The position numbers were made by a program, and so were the translations under genes. Positions 8,841 to 19,403 of a stretch of 64,000 nt of DNA are shown here, piece after piece. The stretch is taken from the NCBI GenBank assembly GCA_016935485.1, contig JAFGQW010000216.1, positions 14,649 to 78,648 of the forward strand. The letters run 5' to 3'. The stretch comes from Planctomycetota bacterium. Lineage in GTDB: Bacteria > Planctomycetota > JAFGQW01. Under the pieces are notes generated by a model, which saw only the letters and a program-made list of their open reading frames with translations, did no database searches and had not been told where the DNA came from. Every line of letters starts with the position of its first letter. The first letter of the stretch is position 1.

Positions 8841-10700
8841 TCACGGGTCGACCAGCACCAGCATCGCGTTGAAGTTCCCGCAGCATGCGTGGTAGTTGTG
8901 GTTGGCCCGGAGCGGCGCGAGCGCCCCGAGCGGCCGGGGGTCGCCGAGCGAACCGAGCGCCCAGCAGGCGTACGCACGGGTGTGCGCGGAATGCCGGGAG
9001 GAGTCGAGGAGACCCGCGAGGGGGGCGATGGCGGTGCGGTCGCCGACCAGACCGAGCGCCTGGGTGAACGCGATGCGTGCCGCGTGGGACGGCTCCGACG
9101 CGAGGGCCGCGACGAGGGGCGGCACCGTTGCCCGCGCACGCAGCAGGCCGAGCCCGAGTGCGGTGTGCTCGCGAAGCTCGGGCGCGGCGTACTTGGCACG
9201 GATCGTGTCGAGCAGCGCTCCCGCCGCCGCAGAATGGCCGATCATGCCGAGCGCCACCGCGCAGTCCCCGCGGAACCGGACGGACCGCGCGCTCCGATAC
9301 GCGGCCAGGAGCATCGGCCCTGCGTCGGCGTCGCCGGCAATGCCGAGCGCGATCGCGAATCCACCCCTGGCGTCGGGCGACCGGGTGCGCTCGAAGGCGG
9401 CCCGGAGCCGCTCTCGCCCGGAGCACAGCCGTTCGGGATCGGCCTCGGCGCGCGCGGACCGGGCGCCGCACGCGATGGCGAGACCGAGACCGCAATACAC
9501 CTGGAGCTCCTGCTTCTCGCGAAAGAGCGCCAGGGTCAGCATGGCGTGGGCCTGGGCACCGCCCAGGTGGCCGAGCGAGATCGCCGAGAAACCGCGCGTC
9601 AGCCGGTCCCTGCCGGCCGTGAGCTTGCGGCCGAGGGCTTGCACGGCAGCCGGCTGCGGGCCGTCCGGTCCGATTCCTGCGGTCGCGAGCGCGAGCGCAG
9701 CGCTGCGTCCGAGCGCCGCGTTCCGGCTCGTCTCGAGCACGTCCACGAGGAACGCGACGTCGGTTGAGTCCGCGGCATCGCGGCTCGATTCGGCGAGGCG
9801 ACCGACCGCGAGCACGGCCTGGGCGCGCACCCACTCGGCGGCGGGGCCGCCCGGCGCCGCGACGCGTCTGAGGTGGCCGGCGATCGCCCGCCGGACCTCC
9901 GCGCGCTCGCGAAACAGCCCGAGCGCGGCGACGCATGCCATCGGAATATGGTGGTCGTGGCTGCGATCGAGGCTCTGGCGAACCAGCGCGTCGCGCAGGG
10001 CGCCGTCCGCGTCGATCCCCGGATGCGCGTGTGCGAGCAATCCCAGACCCACGGCGGCAATGCCACGCAGCTCGTCGGTGCTCCTCCGGCCTCCGAGGAG
10101 CCGCCGTGCCGGCTGGCCGTCGTCGAGAAGAGCGAGGAGCGCGGTGCGCGCCTCGGGGTGCTGGAGGAGCGCCAGACCCATCGCCGCGCCTTCCCGCACC
10201 AGCTCGTCCCTGTCCGCCAGCGCCTCCAGCAGCCTGGGAAGACCCTCCGGCGCGCCCGTCTTCCCGATGGCGACGGCGGCGCGATAACGCACCGCGAGCG
10301 CATCATCGCGAAGCGCGGCGACCAGAGCGGGCAGCACGTGCTCTCGCACGCAGGCGCGACCGGGCCGGTCGGCGTCGATGGCGAGGCGCCCCGACTGGCG
10401 GCCGAAGAAGAAGTCAGTCGAGTCCGATTGAACCGACTGCTCCTCCGCCAGCCGCGCCTGCCGCTTCAGGAAGCGATCCTTGTTGTAGTCCCACCAGCAG
10501 TGCCAGCTCTCGCTCACGAGCGACGCCTCCGCGCTCCGGCGGGTCACGCCCGGGCTGCGGGTCGTGGCGCCTCGCGGCGCCCCGACGGGCCCAGCCCCGG
10601 CGGCCGCTCCGGGCGGCGTGGGCGCGCCCTTCGGCTCAGGCGCCGGTGCCGGCGACGGTGCGGGTGCCGGCGGCGCGGACGGAGGAGTCGTGGACGGCAC
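8841..10700 (-). CDS. HEAT-repeat (PBS-lyase-like) protein with Pro-rich N-terminal linker; probable secreted protein whose true N-terminus may lie upstream (to ~10865) across an in-frame TGA
   Basis: 619 aa with multiple A/L/R-rich HEAT-like repeats (ALVAALRDDALAVRYRAAVAIGKTG..., ALADRDELVREGAAMGLALL...). The track start is a GTG. The Pro-rich low-complexity sequence continues in frame upstream of it. See findings. Confidence 0.75.
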   Translation of the reverse strand: MPSTTPPSAPPAPAPSPAPAPEPKGAPTPPGAAAGAGPVGAPRGATTRSPGVTRRSAEASLVSESWHCWWDYNKDRFLKRQARLAEEQSVQSDSTDFFFGRQSGRLAIDADRPGRACVREHVLPALVAALRDDALAVRYRAAVAIGKTGAPEGLPRLLEALADRDELVREGAAMGLALLQHPEARTALLALLDDGQPARRLLGGRRSTDELRGIAAVGLGLLAHAHPGIDADGALRDALVRQSLDRSHDHHIPMACVAALGLFRERAEVRRAIAGHLRRVAAPGGPAAEWVRAQAVLAVGRLAESSRDAADSTDVAFLVDVLETSRNAALGRSAALALATAGIGPDGPQPAAVQALGRKLTAGRDRLTRGFSAISLGHLGGAQAHAMLTLALFREKQELQVYCGLGLAIACGARSARAEADPERLCSGRERLRAAFERTRSPDARGGFAIALGIAGDADAGPMLLAAYRSARSVRFRGDCAVALGMIGHSAAAGALLDTIRAKYAAPELREHTALGLGLLRARATVPPLVAALASEPSHAARIAFTQALGLVGDRTAIAPLAGLLDSSRHSAHTRAYACWALGSLGDPRPLGALAPLRANHNYHACCGNFNAMLVLVDP

Positions 10701-11357
10701 GGGCGGTGCGGACGGCGGCGGCGCGGGAAAGCCCGGGATCGGATTGGGGGCAACGGTCCCCGACGGACCGTTGTAGCGCGGCTTTCAGCCGCACCCCACG
10801 CGGTCGGGCAAGGCGACGAGCAGGAAAGCGGAGACGGCAACCGCCAGGACCGCGATCGTGCGCATCCGTCGTTCCTCGCTTCCTGTCCGGGCCCGTCTGT
10901 CTGCATCGAGCCGCGCGGGCACGGCGGAGAGTCTAACGCACGGCGGCGGATCTGACCACCGCATAGCGCGGGCTTCGCCCGCAGCCCTCGACGATCAGCG
11001 ATCAGTCGTCAGCTTGTGCCGCGCGGCCGCGAGCCAAACGGGACGTGCGTGTCCCGCATTGCGGCGCCCTGTTCGAAACGGGGACAGCGCGCGAGCGGGA
11101 GAGCACGGAACCACTCGGCTGACGGCGGCGGACGAGCAGGGCTACGTGATTCTCCGGACCATGAGGCGTAAACTTCTGTGCTCGGCGCGCAGAAACTCGG
11201 GTCTCGCGGTGTAACTCGCCTCGGCCGCTCGACTTGCCGATCGTTTCTCGCCGGCAACGAACGCTCCAGCGCCCCGCGTCGCGATGCCGATAGAACTGTC
11301 GGAAAAACCTTCGCGCCTCGAGAACGAGCTACCGGGTCTCTTTCAAGGAACCGCCAC

Positions 11358-11918
11358 ATGAACCTCTTCCCCGTGAGCAAGAAGAGCGCGGCCGATCCGG
11401 CCGTGCCGATCGCGCCGCCGCCCGACGAGCTGCGTCTCCGCCCGGACGGCGCGGCACCCGGCGAGCGTCTGCGGGCCAGCCGCGACCGCGCCGCCACCAC
11501 CTCGACGCTCAACCCGCACCTCTCGTTCGAGGGCGAGCTCAAGTACACGGGCAAGGTCTCCGTGGACTGCGAGTTCCGGGGCAGCATCGTCACCAGCGAC
11601 ACGCTCCTCGTCGGGCCTTCCGCCGTCGTCCACGCCAACCTGACGGTCGGCGTGATCGAGATCAGCGGCAAGATCCACGGCGACGTCAAGGCCACCAAGA
11701 GCGTGAGGATCCTGTCGGGCGGCGAGGTGCACGGTAACATCGAGACGCCGACGATCTCGATGGAGGAAGGCGTGGTCTTCGAGGGCAGCTGCAGCCGGCC
11801 GCCGGACGCGCCGGCCCCGGCGCCGGAGAAGGTGACCCGGAGCGCCGCGCGCGCGACGCCTCCCATCTACCCTGCCGCGAGCACGGCGCCGGCCCCGGCA
11901 CCGCGCACCGCGCCGTAG
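11358..11918 (+). CDS. bactofilin (CcmA/DUF583) cytoskeletal protein
   Basis: Internal ATG (Met 61 of track ORF 11178..11918) preceded by AAGGAA. Bactofilin beta-helical core LVGPSAVVHANLTVGVIEISGKIHGDVKATKSVRILSGGEVHGNIETPTISMEEGVVFEGSC, flanked by Pro/Ala-rich tails. Confidence 0.85.
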   Translation: MNLFPVSKKSAADPAVPIAPPPDELRLRPDGAAPGERLRASRDRAATTSTLNPHLSFEGELKYTGKVSVDCEFRGSIVTSDTLLVGPSAVVHANLTVGVIEISGKIHGDVKATKSVRILSGGEVHGNIETPTISMEEGVVFEGSCSRPPDAPAPAPEKVTRSAARATPPIYPAASTAPAPAPRTAP

Positions 11919-12048
11919 CGGCCCGCACGCCGCGCCGCCGCCGCTCCCGCCGGCCTGGCGCCGACGGGCGGCCAGAGGTCTCCGCGCTCTGGGCCCGCGC
12001 CGGAAGAACCTCCCGCGTTTCGCCGCGAGGTTCCTCTCGCGCGGACCC

Positions 12049-14115
12049 TCAGTGCACCGGCGTTCCCGGCAGCGGCTCGCCGTCCGGGTGGAGCAGCAGC
12101 GGCACACCGTCCGCCGTCTCCGCGGCGAGAATCATGCCGCGGCTCTCGACCCCCATCATCTGGCGCGGGGCGAGATTGGCCAGCACCACGACGCGCCGCC
12201 CCACTAGGGCGGCGGGATCGTAGTGTCCCTTGATGCCGGCCACGATCTCGCGCGTCTCGACCCCGAGGTCCACCACGAAGCGCATGAGCTTCTTGGTCTT
12301 CGGCATCTCCTCGGCCGCGCGCACCCGGCCGATCCGGATGTCCAGCTTCTGGAAGTCCTCGAACCCGACATTGTCCCTGAGCGGTTCCACCCCGGTCGGT
12401 TCCACGGTCGTTCTCCTGTCGCCGCCGGCCGCACGCGCGCCCAGCGCGGTGACCTCGGCCGCAATGGTCTCGTCGTCGATCTTCAGGAAAAGCCCTTCCG
12501 GCTCGCCGATGGCATGGCCCGGCGCGAGCGGCCGGTCGGCAAACGTGTCCCAGCGCTGCTGCGCGAGCGGGCGCGCCATGCCCAGCATGCTCCACAGCCG
12601 CTCGGTGGTCCCCGGCATCACGGGATGAAACAGCAGCGCCAGGGTGCGCAGCACCTCCGTGCAGACGAAGATCGCGGTGGCGCAGCGCAGCGGATCGTCC
12701 TTGCGGGTCGCCCACGGCCGCTTCTCGCTCAAGTAGCGGTTGGCGGCGTGCGCCAGCCCCATGATCGTCTCCATGGCCTGGCGCACGCGATAGGTGTCGT
12801 AGAGCTCGCCCACCGTGGTCGTCATCCCGCGGGCCCGCTCGAGCAGCGCCCGGTCCGCCTCATCGAACGGGCCCGGCGCGGGCACGCGGCCGTCCAGCTG
12901 GGACGCGATGAACTTCAGCGTGCGCATGGCGAGATTGCCGAACGTGTCGGCCAGCTCGCCGTTCACTCGTTTCTGGAAGTCCTGCCAGGTGAACTCGGTG
13001 TCGCGCGTCTCCGGCGCGCTGGCGGCCAGCGCGTAGCGGAGCGCGTCCACGGGGTACTTCGCGAGGAAGTCCTCGAAGTCGATGTACCAGCCACGGCTGG
13101 TGTTGAACTTGTCGCCCTGCAGGTTGTAGAACTCGTTGGCCGGCACGTTGTCCGGCAGGATGTAGGGGTCCGGCTGGCCCATGAGCATGGCCGGGAAGAC
13201 GACGCAGTGGAACGGGATGTTGTCCTTCCCGAGGAAGTGCACGAGCCGGCAGTCGGGGTTTTGCCAGTAGTCCTGCCACGCATCGGGCTGTCCCCTGGCC
13301 CGCGCCCACTCGATGGTCGAGCTGATGTAGCCGATCGGCGCGTCGAACCAGACGTAGAGCACCTTGCCCGCGGCGTCGGGCAGCGGCACCTGCACCCCCC
13401 AGTCGAGATCGCGCGTGATGCAGCGCTCCCGCAGCCCCGTCTGGAACATCGCCTCCACGAAGCGGAGCACGTTCGCCTTCCAGCCGGTCTTGCCGCGGAT
13501 CCACGCCTCGAGCCGCGGCTGGAAGTCCTGGAGCTTCAAGTACCAGTTCCGGCTCTCGCGCACCTCGGGCGCCGCCCCGCTCACCGCCGACCGCGGGTGT
13601 ACGAGCTCCAGCGCGTCCAGCCAGGCGCCGCACTTCGGGCACTCGTCGCCGCGGGCCTCCCCGTGGCCGCACCGGGGGCAGGTCCCGAGCACGTACCGGT
13701 CCGCGAGGAACATCCGTTCCACCGGGTCGTAGAGCTGCCGCTCGGTCTTCAAGCTGATGTGCCCGGCCTTGAGCAGGTTCAGGAAGAACTGCTGGCTCAG
13801 CTCGTGGTTGAGGGGCCGCGAGGTGCGCGAGAAGTTGTCGAACCGGATCTGCATCCGGTCGAAGGTATCCTTGATGATCCGGTGGTACTTGTCGACCAGC
13901 ACCTGGGGGAGGACGCCGGCCTTGCGCGCGGCGATGGTGATGGCCACGCCGTGCTCGTCGGTGCCGCAGATGTAGACGACATCGGAGCCCTTGAGACGGT
14001 GGAAGCGCACGAAGATGTCGGCCGGCAGGTAGCCCCCCACGATGTGGCCGAAGTGGATCGGCCCGTTGGCGTAGGGAAGCGCGCTGGTGACCAGGATCTT
14101 CCGGCGCTCGGCCAT
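12049..14115 (-). CDS. metG: methionine--tRNA ligase
   Basis: Start at Met 28 of the track ORF (MAERRKILVTSALPYANGPIHFGH = HIGH motif). Zn knuckle CPRCGHGEARGDECPKCG. KMSKS-region equivalent. C-terminal EMAP/tRNA-binding domain (VVDLGVETREIVAGIKGHY). Confidence 0.95.
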   Translation of the reverse strand: MAERRKILVTSALPYANGPIHFGHIVGGYLPADIFVRFHRLKGSDVVYICGTDEHGVAITIAARKAGVLPQVLVDKYHRIIKDTFDRMQIRFDNFSRTSRPLNHELSQQFFLNLLKAGHISLKTERQLYDPVERMFLADRYVLGTCPRCGHGEARGDECPKCGAWLDALELVHPRSAVSGAAPEVRESRNWYLKLQDFQPRLEAWIRGKTGWKANVLRFVEAMFQTGLRERCITRDLDWGVQVPLPDAAGKVLYVWFDAPIGYISSTIEWARARGQPDAWQDYWQNPDCRLVHFLGKDNIPFHCVVFPAMLMGQPDPYILPDNVPANEFYNLQGDKFNTSRGWYIDFEDFLAKYPVDALRYALAASAPETRDTEFTWQDFQKRVNGELADTFGNLAMRTLKFIASQLDGRVPAPGPFDEADRALLERARGMTTTVGELYDTYRVRQAMETIMGLAHAANRYLSEKRPWATRKDDPLRCATAIFVCTEVLRTLALLFHPVMPGTTERLWSMLGMARPLAQQRWDTFADRPLAPGHAIGEPEGLFLKIDDETIAAEVTALGARAAGGDRRTTVEPTGVEPLRDNVGFEDFQKLDIRIGRVRAAEEMPKTKKLMRFVVDLGVETREIVAGIKGHYDPAALVGRRVVVLANLAPRQMMGVESRGMILAAETADGVPLLLHPDGEPLPGTPVH

Positions 14116-14587
14116 CGTGCCTTCCTCCGTCGAGCGCGGCCGCCGGGACACGGCGACCGACCGCAACGCGAAACCGGACGGAACCGAAACCGGCAAGGTC
14201 TCGTCCGCCCGCCGTACGGAGCCAAAGACTCCGTCATATCCTCTTCGCTGTCAAGCGCATACACGGTCGGAACGGAACACGCGAGCGCCGGGCACCCGCC
14301 GCGGCCCCGCGTCTCGGAAGCGGGCGGGGGAAGGCGCCGCGGCGCGCCCGTTCCCTGCGGCGGCGCCGTCCGACTTCGCCGTGTCCGCAAGACCGAGGTC
14401 CGCGTACCGCCGGTTCTTCCGGAGGTTCCGGCCTCCGTTCGGCCCGGATGCCGGCCCGTGACGAGGAAGGCTGGAGCCCCTGCCGGGGATGCCCTATATT
14501 TCCGCCGGACCGTTCCACGGACCCTCGGTATCGCCGTCGATCACCCCAAGCAGATGACCCGCTACTGACCCATTGGAGACCTCTTAC

Positions 14588-16546
<1,959 letters not shown>

Positions 16547-16577
16547 CCGGCCGGATCCCCCTCGCTCGGGGATGACC

Positions 16578-16608
16578 CCGCGGAGGCGGCTCGCTCGCCG
16601 CCTCCGCG
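16578..16608 (+). terminator. GC-rich stem-loop immediately after acs stop (putative terminator)
   Basis: cgcggaggcgg-ctcgctcg-ccgcctccgcg: roughly 11-bp perfect inverted repeat, about 30 nt downstream of acs. No obvious U-tract in this high-GC context. Confidence 0.45.
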
Positions 16609-16609
16609 C

Positions 16610-16762
16610 ACCCCCGCGGGCGCACTCCCGCGGGCGCAATCCGCCCGCGCCACCCGAGCGCGCGCCTTTCGCGCGCGATACCCGCACCCGCACCCCCGCG
16701 GGCGCAATCCGCCCGCGCCACCCGAGCGCGCGCCTTTCGCGCGCGATACCCGCACCCGCACG
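16610..16762. repeat. tandem REP-like repeat, 2 copies of ~62-75 bp unit
   Basis: Unit cccccgcgggcgcaatccgcccgcgccacccgagcgcgcgcctttcgcgcgcgatacccgcacccgcac is repeated twice nearly perfectly. Each unit carries internal palindromes gcgggcg/cgcccgc and gcgcgcgc. Confidence 0.8.
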
Positions 16763-16941
16763 GAACTCTCAGCCAAGCGCTATCTGGCCGCTGCCGATCG
16801 AACCCGCGCCGGAGCGTGCTAAGTTTCCGCAGAAGCGCAGACGGCCTGATTCCCGCGGATTTCCCGTCGCTGACAGGTGCTGCCGCGCAATACCAGGGCC
16901 CCGCCGCGCGGGGACCAGATCGGAAGGGAAAAGACAACGAC

Positions 16942-18231
16942 ATGAGTGCCAGAGGAGCCTTCAACCCGTTCGAGATGGCGCGTGCCCAGTTCGATCGGAT
17001 CGCGGAGCTGATCGGCCTCGACGAGGCGGCCCGCGAGCTGCTCCGCAACCCCATGCGCGAGTACCACTTCAACATCCCGGTGCGCATGGACGACGGCAAG
17101 GTGAAGGTCTTTCGCGGCTTCCGCGTGCAGCACAACGACGCGCGCGGACCGGGCAAGGGCGGCATCCGCTTCCACCCGCAGGAGACGATCGACACGGTGC
17201 GAGCGCTTTCCATGTGGATGACCTGGAAATGCGCCGTGGTCGACATCCCGCTCGGCGGCAGCAAGGGCGGGGTGGTCTGCGACCCGCACCACCTGAGCGC
17301 GCGCGAGCAGGAAGCGATCTGCCGCGGCTGGATCCGGCAGATCGCCCGCAACATCGGGCCGGTTCAGGACGTGCCAGCGCCCGACGTGATGACGAACCCG
17401 CAGCACATGCTGTGGATGCTGGACGAGTACGAGACCCTCCTGGGCGGCCACTTCCCGGGCCAGATCACGGGCAAGCCCGTCGGCATGGGCGGCTCGCTGG
17501 GCCGCACCCAGGCCACCGGCTACGGCGTGATCTACACGCTGCGTGAGGCTTTGAACGAGCTCGGCCTGAGCCCCGGGGAGACCACGGCCAGCTTCCAGGG
17601 CTTCGGCAACGTGGCCCAGTACGCCATCGCCCTCTACCACGAGCTCGGCGGACGCACGCTGTGCGTGTCATGCTGGGACCACAGGGATCAGACCTCCTAC
17701 TCGTTCCGCAAGCCGGGTGGCATCGATCTCGAGGAGCTGAGATCGATCACCGATCGGTTCGGCGGCATCGACAAGGACAAGGCAGAGAAGCTCGGCTACG
17801 AGCGGCTGCCCGGCGACGCCTGGCTCGAGCAGGACGTGTCGGTGCTGATCCCGGCGGCCCTCGAGCACCAGATCCACGCCGAGAACGTCCACCGGATCCG
17901 GCCCTCGGTGAAGGTGGTGGCCGAGGGTGCCAACGGCCCGACCACCCCGGAGGCCGACCAGGTGCTCGTCGAGCGGCGGATCTTCCAGGTTCCGGACTTC
18001 CTGGCCAATGCCGGCGGCGTGACGTGCAGCTACTTCGAGCAGGTCCAGTGCAATACCAACTACTACTGGGACCAGGACGAGGTGCTCGACAAGCTCGATC
18101 GCAAGATGACCGCGGCGTACCACGCGGTGAGCGATCTCGCCCGCGAGAGGAAGCTTCCCATGCGCGACGCGGCTTACTTCGTGGCCGTGAACCGCGTGGC
18201 GGCGGCGTGCCGCGCTCGGGGCTGGATCTGA
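16942..18231 (+). CDS. gdhA: glutamate dehydrogenase (Glu/Leu/Phe/Val dehydrogenase family)
   Basis: Start at Met 43 of the track ORF (MSARGAFNPFEMARAQF...). GDH motifs GGSKGG, KCAVVDIPLGGSKGGV, C-terminal NAD(P)-binding GFGNVAQYA. Confidence 0.95.
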   Translation: MSARGAFNPFEMARAQFDRIAELIGLDEAARELLRNPMREYHFNIPVRMDDGKVKVFRGFRVQHNDARGPGKGGIRFHPQETIDTVRALSMWMTWKCAVVDIPLGGSKGGVVCDPHHLSAREQEAICRGWIRQIARNIGPVQDVPAPDVMTNPQHMLWMLDEYETLLGGHFPGQITGKPVGMGGSLGRTQATGYGVIYTLREALNELGLSPGETTASFQGFGNVAQYAIALYHELGGRTLCVSCWDHRDQTSYSFRKPGGIDLEELRSITDRFGGIDKDKAEKLGYERLPGDAWLEQDVSVLIPAALEHQIHAENVHRIRPSVKVVAEGANGPTTPEADQVLVERRIFQVPDFLANAGGVTCSYFEQVQCNTNYYWDQDEVLDKLDRKMTAAYHAVSDLARERKLPMRDAAYFVAVNRVAAACRARGWI

Positions 18232-18240
18232 GCCGGTCTG

Positions 18241-18600
18241 GAAAGGGGTCAGACCCCAGTCGTCACCCCCGCGGGCGCCCTCCGCCCGCGCCACGCAGCG
18301 CGCGCTCTCCGCGCGCGTCACCCGCACCCCCACCCGCACGCGCACGCGCACGCGCACGCTTGACCGCAATCGGGGGTCAGACCCCAGTCGTCACCCCCGC
18401 GGGCGCCCTCCGCCCGCGCCACCTCAGCGCGCGCCCTTCGCGCGCGTCACCCGCACGCGCACACGCACCCGCACCGCGCGCCCGACACCCCCACCCCCAC
18501 CCGCACTCTCACTCCTCTCCCCTCTCTTCTCTTCTTCGTGCTCTTCGTCTCCTTCGTGGTCTTCGTGTTTGACTCGCCCGCGCCGACCCCACTCCCCGCC
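18241..18600. repeat. composite intergenic repeat: two ~120-bp REP-like units (each starting with GGGGTCAGACCCC hairpin) followed by a CTTCGTG (revcomp CACGAAG) heptamer array
   Basis: Units at ~18247-18365 and ~18372-18480 are near-identical. 18520-18570 is cttcttcgtgctcttcgtctccttcgtggtcttcgtg (4x CTTCGTG at 9-10 bp spacing). It lies between convergent gdhA and the redoxin gene. Confidence 0.8.
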
Positions 18601-18612
18601 CTGCCCCGTCTC

Positions 18613-19191
18613 CTACCCGAAGTAGTCGGGCGCGTTGCCCGGCCGCCACTTGATGTTGCAGCCGATGCTCGGCTTCTGCTCCGCCGGTACCGGCCGCCCG
18701 GCCAGCACGGCTTCCAGCGCGCGCCGGAGATCCTCGCCGGTAACCGGCACCTCGTTTCCCGGCCGAGCGCCATCCATCTGCCCGCGGTAGGCGAGCTTCC
18801 GGTCCCGGTCGAAGAGGAAAAAGTCGGGAGTGCAGGCGGCACGGTAGGCCTTGGCCACCTCCTGGCTCGCATCCACCAGGTAGGGGAACGTGTAGCCGCC
18901 TTCCCGGGCCTCCACGGCCATCTTGTCGGGCGCATCCTCCGGGTAGGCCGCGAAGTCGTTGGAACTGATGGCGACGATCGCCACCCCCTGCTGCTGGTAG
19001 TCGCGGGCCAGCGCCGCCAGTCCCTCCCGGATGTGCTTGACGAACGGACAGTGGTTGCAGAGAAACGCCACGAGGAGGGCCGGTTTCCCGGCGAAGTCGT
19101 CGAGCGCGTGGATCCGGCCCGCCGGATCCGGCAGCCGGAAATCCGGGGCGGGCGTGCCGAGCGATAGCATCGTCGAGGAGGTCGCGGCCAT
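18613..19191 (-). CDS. thioredoxin-fold thiol-disulfide oxidoreductase (redoxin/AhpC-TSA-like)
   Basis: Start at Met 32 of the track ORF with upstream GGAAAGGAG Shine-Dalgarno. CxxC active site (FLCNHCPFVKH). Conserved PDFRLPD N-terminal motif of the redoxin family. Confidence 0.85.
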   Translation of the reverse strand: MAATSSTMLSLGTPAPDFRLPDPAGRIHALDDFAGKPALLVAFLCNHCPFVKHIREGLAALARDYQQQGVAIVAISSNDFAAYPEDAPDKMAVEAREGGYTFPYLVDASQEVAKAYRAACTPDFFLFDRDRKLAYRGQMDGARPGNEVPVTGEDLRRALEAVLAGRPVPAEQKPSIGCNIKWRPGNAPDYFG

Positions 19192-19403
19192 CGGAGAGCT
19201 CCTTTCCGGAAACGGGAACCCGGTCGCGGAAGGAATACCGCGCAGCCGCGGTGGATTCGAGGGGCTTCGGCGCTCCCGCGGCACCCCCTGCCCCCCCCGA
19301 GCCCTGCCCGGATAGGGCGTTGATCGGCCCGGCGCGCGGCCGGTAGAATAGCTGCCACATCGAGGATGGTTCGAGTCCAGTCCAGCAAGCAGACCGAAAG
19401 GAG

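Noticed and set aside
7970-10306. Multiple long ORFs on both strands (7970..9199 -, 8731..9936 -, 8896..10287 +, 9599..10306 -)
   Set aside because: All overlap the HEAT-repeat gene or sppA in other frames. They are Arg/Pro/Ala-rich low complexity, with no motifs or RBS.
10785-10787. Selenocysteine reading of the in-frame TGA upstream of the HEAT-protein gene
   Set aside because: No SECIS-like stem-loop is recognisable immediately downstream, and a HEAT-repeat scaffold protein is an implausible selenoprotein. Kept only as an open alternative within the finding.
12223-14568. 781-aa + strand ORF
   Set aside because: Antisense of metG. MetG is unambiguous (HIGH motif, Zn knuckle, EMAP domain).
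16610-16762. Tandem repeats considered as CRISPR arrays
   Set aside because: The units are directly abutting or only 7-20 bp apart, with no unique spacers. There are only 2 copies per locus and no cas genes. They are REP-like intergenic repeats, not CRISPR.
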